Source: an uncultured delta proteobacterium (lineage in GTDB: Bacteria > Myxococcota_A > Polyangia > Polyangiales > Polyangiaceae). Taken from it: a stretch of 64,000 bases of DNA. The stretch is taken from NCBI GenBank assembly GCA_963696385.1, contig CAVOKF010000007.1, positions 384,001-448,000 of the forward strand, written 5' to 3'. A program made the position numbers and the translations under genes. Every line of letters begins with the position of its first letter. Position 1 is the first letter of the stretch. This document shows positions 61,323 to 64,000 of this stretch, in pieces. Under the pieces are notes generated by a model. The model saw nothing but the letters and a program-made list of their open reading frames with translations. It was not told the origin of the DNA and made no database searches.

Positions 61323-61605
61323 GGGGAAACCTCGATCGCCACCATAGCGCGAGATGGACGACCGGCTCAAGTTGGCCCCCCTTGCACGACGCGATCCACC
61401 CCGCGTTCGCGTGCGTGATCCGGGCGGAAGCGGCCGCGACGACCCTCGGGGAGGCCCTGTCCGGTCTCTTCGGTTCTGGCCGTGCGGCAGTGCACTCCGG
61501 GTAGGTCCGCCCATAAGACATCGGCTCGAGCGCGAACAGTTCGTCGCGAGGCTGCTTCATCGCCCCGAAGTGGGGGCCCGCAGAGCCCCCATGCCGGAGG
61601 GGTCT

Positions 61606-63171
61606 TCAGGGGCCCGTGACCGCGGTGCTTCCGACCCACACGACTTCGCCCGACATCTGGTCGTACTTCGCGACGAACGTCAATTCGCCGTCGGCGCCGA
61701 TTCGAAAGACCGCGACGTTGGGCAGCTCCGTTGCGAGCGTGGCCCCTTGCCGGACAAACTCTTGCTTTTGATTCCCGACGATCAAAAACTGGTGCGACGG
61801 ATCGACCGTAAAGGTCCGAGGCTCGATGCCGTGCGTATCCACGGCGGCGACGAACGTGGGCTCCCCGGTCGTCTGATCGATCGAGAAGAGGGCAACGTTG
61901 TTCTCCCCGCCGTCCTCAAGCACCATCACGGGCGTCGCACCGGCCGCGTCCGCGCTGGCATCGCTACCGGCCGCGTCCGCGCTGGCATCGCCACCGGCCG
62001 CGTCCGCGCCCGCATCGGCCGGCGGCCCCGGGTCAGGAACGACTTCATTGAAGCGATTGGTGATCCAGAGATATTTGCCGGACGGATCGACCATGATGGC
62101 CCCGGCGCGCTGCCCGTTCACGGCCTCGGTGCTGTCCGTGATGACCGCGTCGGCGGCGACGGCGACGCTCGTGACGTCGAACTGCTTGGTCAGAGTGCCG
62201 CTCTCGAAGGTGAACATCATTAGGCGATTGCCACGCTCCGCGGACAGGTAGACCCAAGGCTGGGTGGGGTGGAAATCGAGGTGACGCGGACCGACACCAG
62301 CGTCGAAGGGGATGTTCTGTTTCGGCGTGAGGACGCCGTTCGAAAACGAATACACGAGGAGGTGTCCGAATTGCTCGGGCATGTTCACCGTGCCCGCATC
62401 GGTCGTCGTGGTCGACGGGTCGTTGCCGCGGTCGCAAATGGTGACGTACTGCCCCGACGGGTCCACCCGGATCTGGTGCAAGTACGAGCCGACGTTGGTG
62501 TCACCGCCATCGGGCTGTGCCACCATGGCCCCGATGGTGCTATCCGCTGCAATGCCGAAGACGGAGTACGTCTCGGTCACGTTGTGAACGCTCAAAAGGT
62601 ACTTGTCGTCGGCGGTCAGGGTCAGGTTAATCACGCGGCCATTGGGTGAAAGCAGCGGGCTCCCCAGCGCCATCAGTAGGCCCGAGCTCGGTGCGATCGC
62701 GTAAACGTAGTAATAGTTGCTGGAACCGGTCGTGGCGCCCACGTACAGGTGTTGTCGACTCGGGTCGAACTGCGCAAACTGAGGGATCTGGGGGACCATG
62801 GTAGGCGTCGAGGCCGTCAAGGCTCCAGTGGTCGTGTCGATCGCAAACACGCCGAGGGAGTCACCCGAGTTCGCGTACAAGACCTCGTTGGGGCTCGCAT
62901 CCGAGGCATCCCCAGGCGCCCCTGCGTCGGTCGCCGCGTCCGCATTGCCGGACGAGGCATCCGAAGTGCCACTCGAGGAGGAACTGGCGCTCGCGGTGCT
63001 GGAAGCCGTGCTGAGCGATCCGTCGACTCCTTTGCCGGAGTCGACTCCGGTCGAGGTGGAGTTGTTGACGGTACCTTGAGTGCCGGAGCTGCATCCATAG
63101 ATGGCACTGAAGGGTATGGCGACAAGCGCACACGATGCCCTGATCCTCCTCACCAATTTCGCGTTCTTCAT
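61606..63171 (-). CDS. Lactonase-family (6-phosphogluconolactonase-like) beta-propeller lipoprotein
   Basis: Lipobox IYGC; HQIRVDPSG, GPRHLDFHP, PRTFTVDP...LIVGNQ. Confidence 0.88.
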   Translation of the reverse strand: MKNAKLVRRIRASCALVAIPFSAIYGCSSGTQGTVNNSTSTGVDSGKGVDGSLSTASSTASASSSSSGTSDASSGNADAATDAGAPGDASDASPNEVLYANSGDSLGVFAIDTTTGALTASTPTMVPQIPQFAQFDPSRQHLYVGATTGSSNYYYVYAIAPSSGLLMALGSPLLSPNGRVINLTLTADDKYLLSVHNVTETYSVFGIAADSTIGAMVAQPDGGDTNVGSYLHQIRVDPSGQYVTICDRGNDPSTTTTDAGTVNMPEQFGHLLVYSFSNGVLTPKQNIPFDAGVGPRHLDFHPTQPWVYLSAERGNRLMMFTFESGTLTKQFDVTSVAVAADAVITDSTEAVNGQRAGAIMVDPSGKYLWITNRFNEVVPDPGPPADAGADAAGGDASADAAGSDASADAAGATPVMVLEDGGENNVALFSIDQTTGEPTFVAAVDTHGIEPRTFTVDPSHQFLIVGNQKQEFVRQGATLATELPNVAVFRIGADGELTFVAKYDQMSGEVVWVGSTAVTGP

Positions 63172-63601
63172 CCGATCGCCCTCCGAGGGTGTGCTTGAAA
63201 GAGCCCAGTTGTCCATCGGCCGCAGCGTGGATCGCAGCGGGAGATGGCTCTCGTATCATGAAAAGTTCGATTGGGGCCGTATATAAAAATTGCGTGGCCG
63301 GGAAAGACACCCATGTCGTTTCCGCCCTCCCGATAGGGTTTTCCATGATGGCGGCGCGCGTTTTACCTGCTAAGGCCAGCCGCGGCGCGAAGCCGGAGAC
63401 ACTCGTGTTCGCGCAGCCTCTCGCCGCAGCTCCGAGCGGGTTCGAGGGCAACACCTTCGCTCGCAAGCACTTGCACTGCGAGAAGTTAGCGACGCGAGCA
63501 ACATGGCAGCCAGTCGCCCGGGGCCTCTTGATGAGCGGCCCCACGAAGTCCGTGGGCGACAAGCGCGCCGCGGGAAATTTCGACGAGCGGCCCCGACGGG
63601 A

Positions 63602-64000
63602 TCAGTGGACCACGAGCGCGCCCTTGTACATCCCCATCCCGCATTGGAACGTCAACGTGCGAGCGGTATCGGTGGGCACATCGATCGCGACCGATTGATT
63701 GAGCGGCAGCCCCTTCTTGACGTTCAAATCGGGGATGACCACCTCCGTCGCACAGGTCGCGTCGGTCGTTCGCACGAACGTGACGCTCGCCGTCGACCCA
63801 GGCCCGCCCTTGGGCAGTGGCAACGACTTCGGCGAGAATCCTCGCTCGTCGGCCACGACCCGCAGAGCGCCGGTCGATCGCTCGGCACCGGACGGCGATG
63901 ACTCGCAAGCCACAAGGGCACCCATGCACGCGAGGAGAACCCATGTTCGAGCTTTACCGGGTACGTGTGCGACTCGGACGCTTCGCCCACGGCGGGAAAG
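63602..64000 (-). CDS. Cupredoxin-domain protein (5' end uncertain; frame is open to the window edge)
   Basis: GFSP...VTFVRTTDATCATEVVIP...LPLNQ...FQCGMGMYKGALVV. Confidence 0.85.
   Translation of the reverse strand, partial: LSRRGRSVRVAHVPGKARTWVLLACMGALVACESSPSGAERSTGALRVVADERGFSPKSLPLPKGGPGSTASVTFVRTTDATCATEVVIPDLNVKKGLPLNQSVAIDVPTDTARTLTFQCGMGMYKGALVVH

Overview
High-GC bacterial DNA, most likely Myxococcota (Polyangiaceae-like). That call rests on an MXAN_5187-type protein, an AgmX/PglI C-terminal protein, an FHA-sigma54 activator next to a Ser/Thr kinase and a TPR/PEGA protein, and many Cys-rich or 'DAG'-rich lipoproteins. After a short core-like start (outer-membrane barrel, HEAT protein, MXAN_5187-like protein, histone deacetylase) the window is accessory patchwork. 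It holds two RHH-PIN toxin-antitoxin pairs, two YciI-ECF42-type sigma modules, a NarX/NarL-type two-component system and a Nit1C nitrilase cluster. It also holds an ECF/FecR module with a GH28 enzyme, a kinase-FHA-bEBP module and many gene remnants and single-base frameshifts. Three patterns stand out. (1) A convergent pair of four-helix-bundle (bAvd/IVS-like) genes is bordered by a (GACCCC)n array and strong hairpins, and one hairpin hides the RBS and start codon. A second partial copy lies 15 kb away, and both copies are followed by a PIN TA pair. (2) Six intergenic GACCCC-type arrays all sit on the same strand regardless of gene direction. (3) Two diverged, lower-GC secreted lectin-like paralogs share a near-identical sigma54 promoter and a 3x12-bp tandem enhancer, on either side of the kinase/FHA-bEBP genes. 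All family calls come from recognising motifs by eye; no database search was run.
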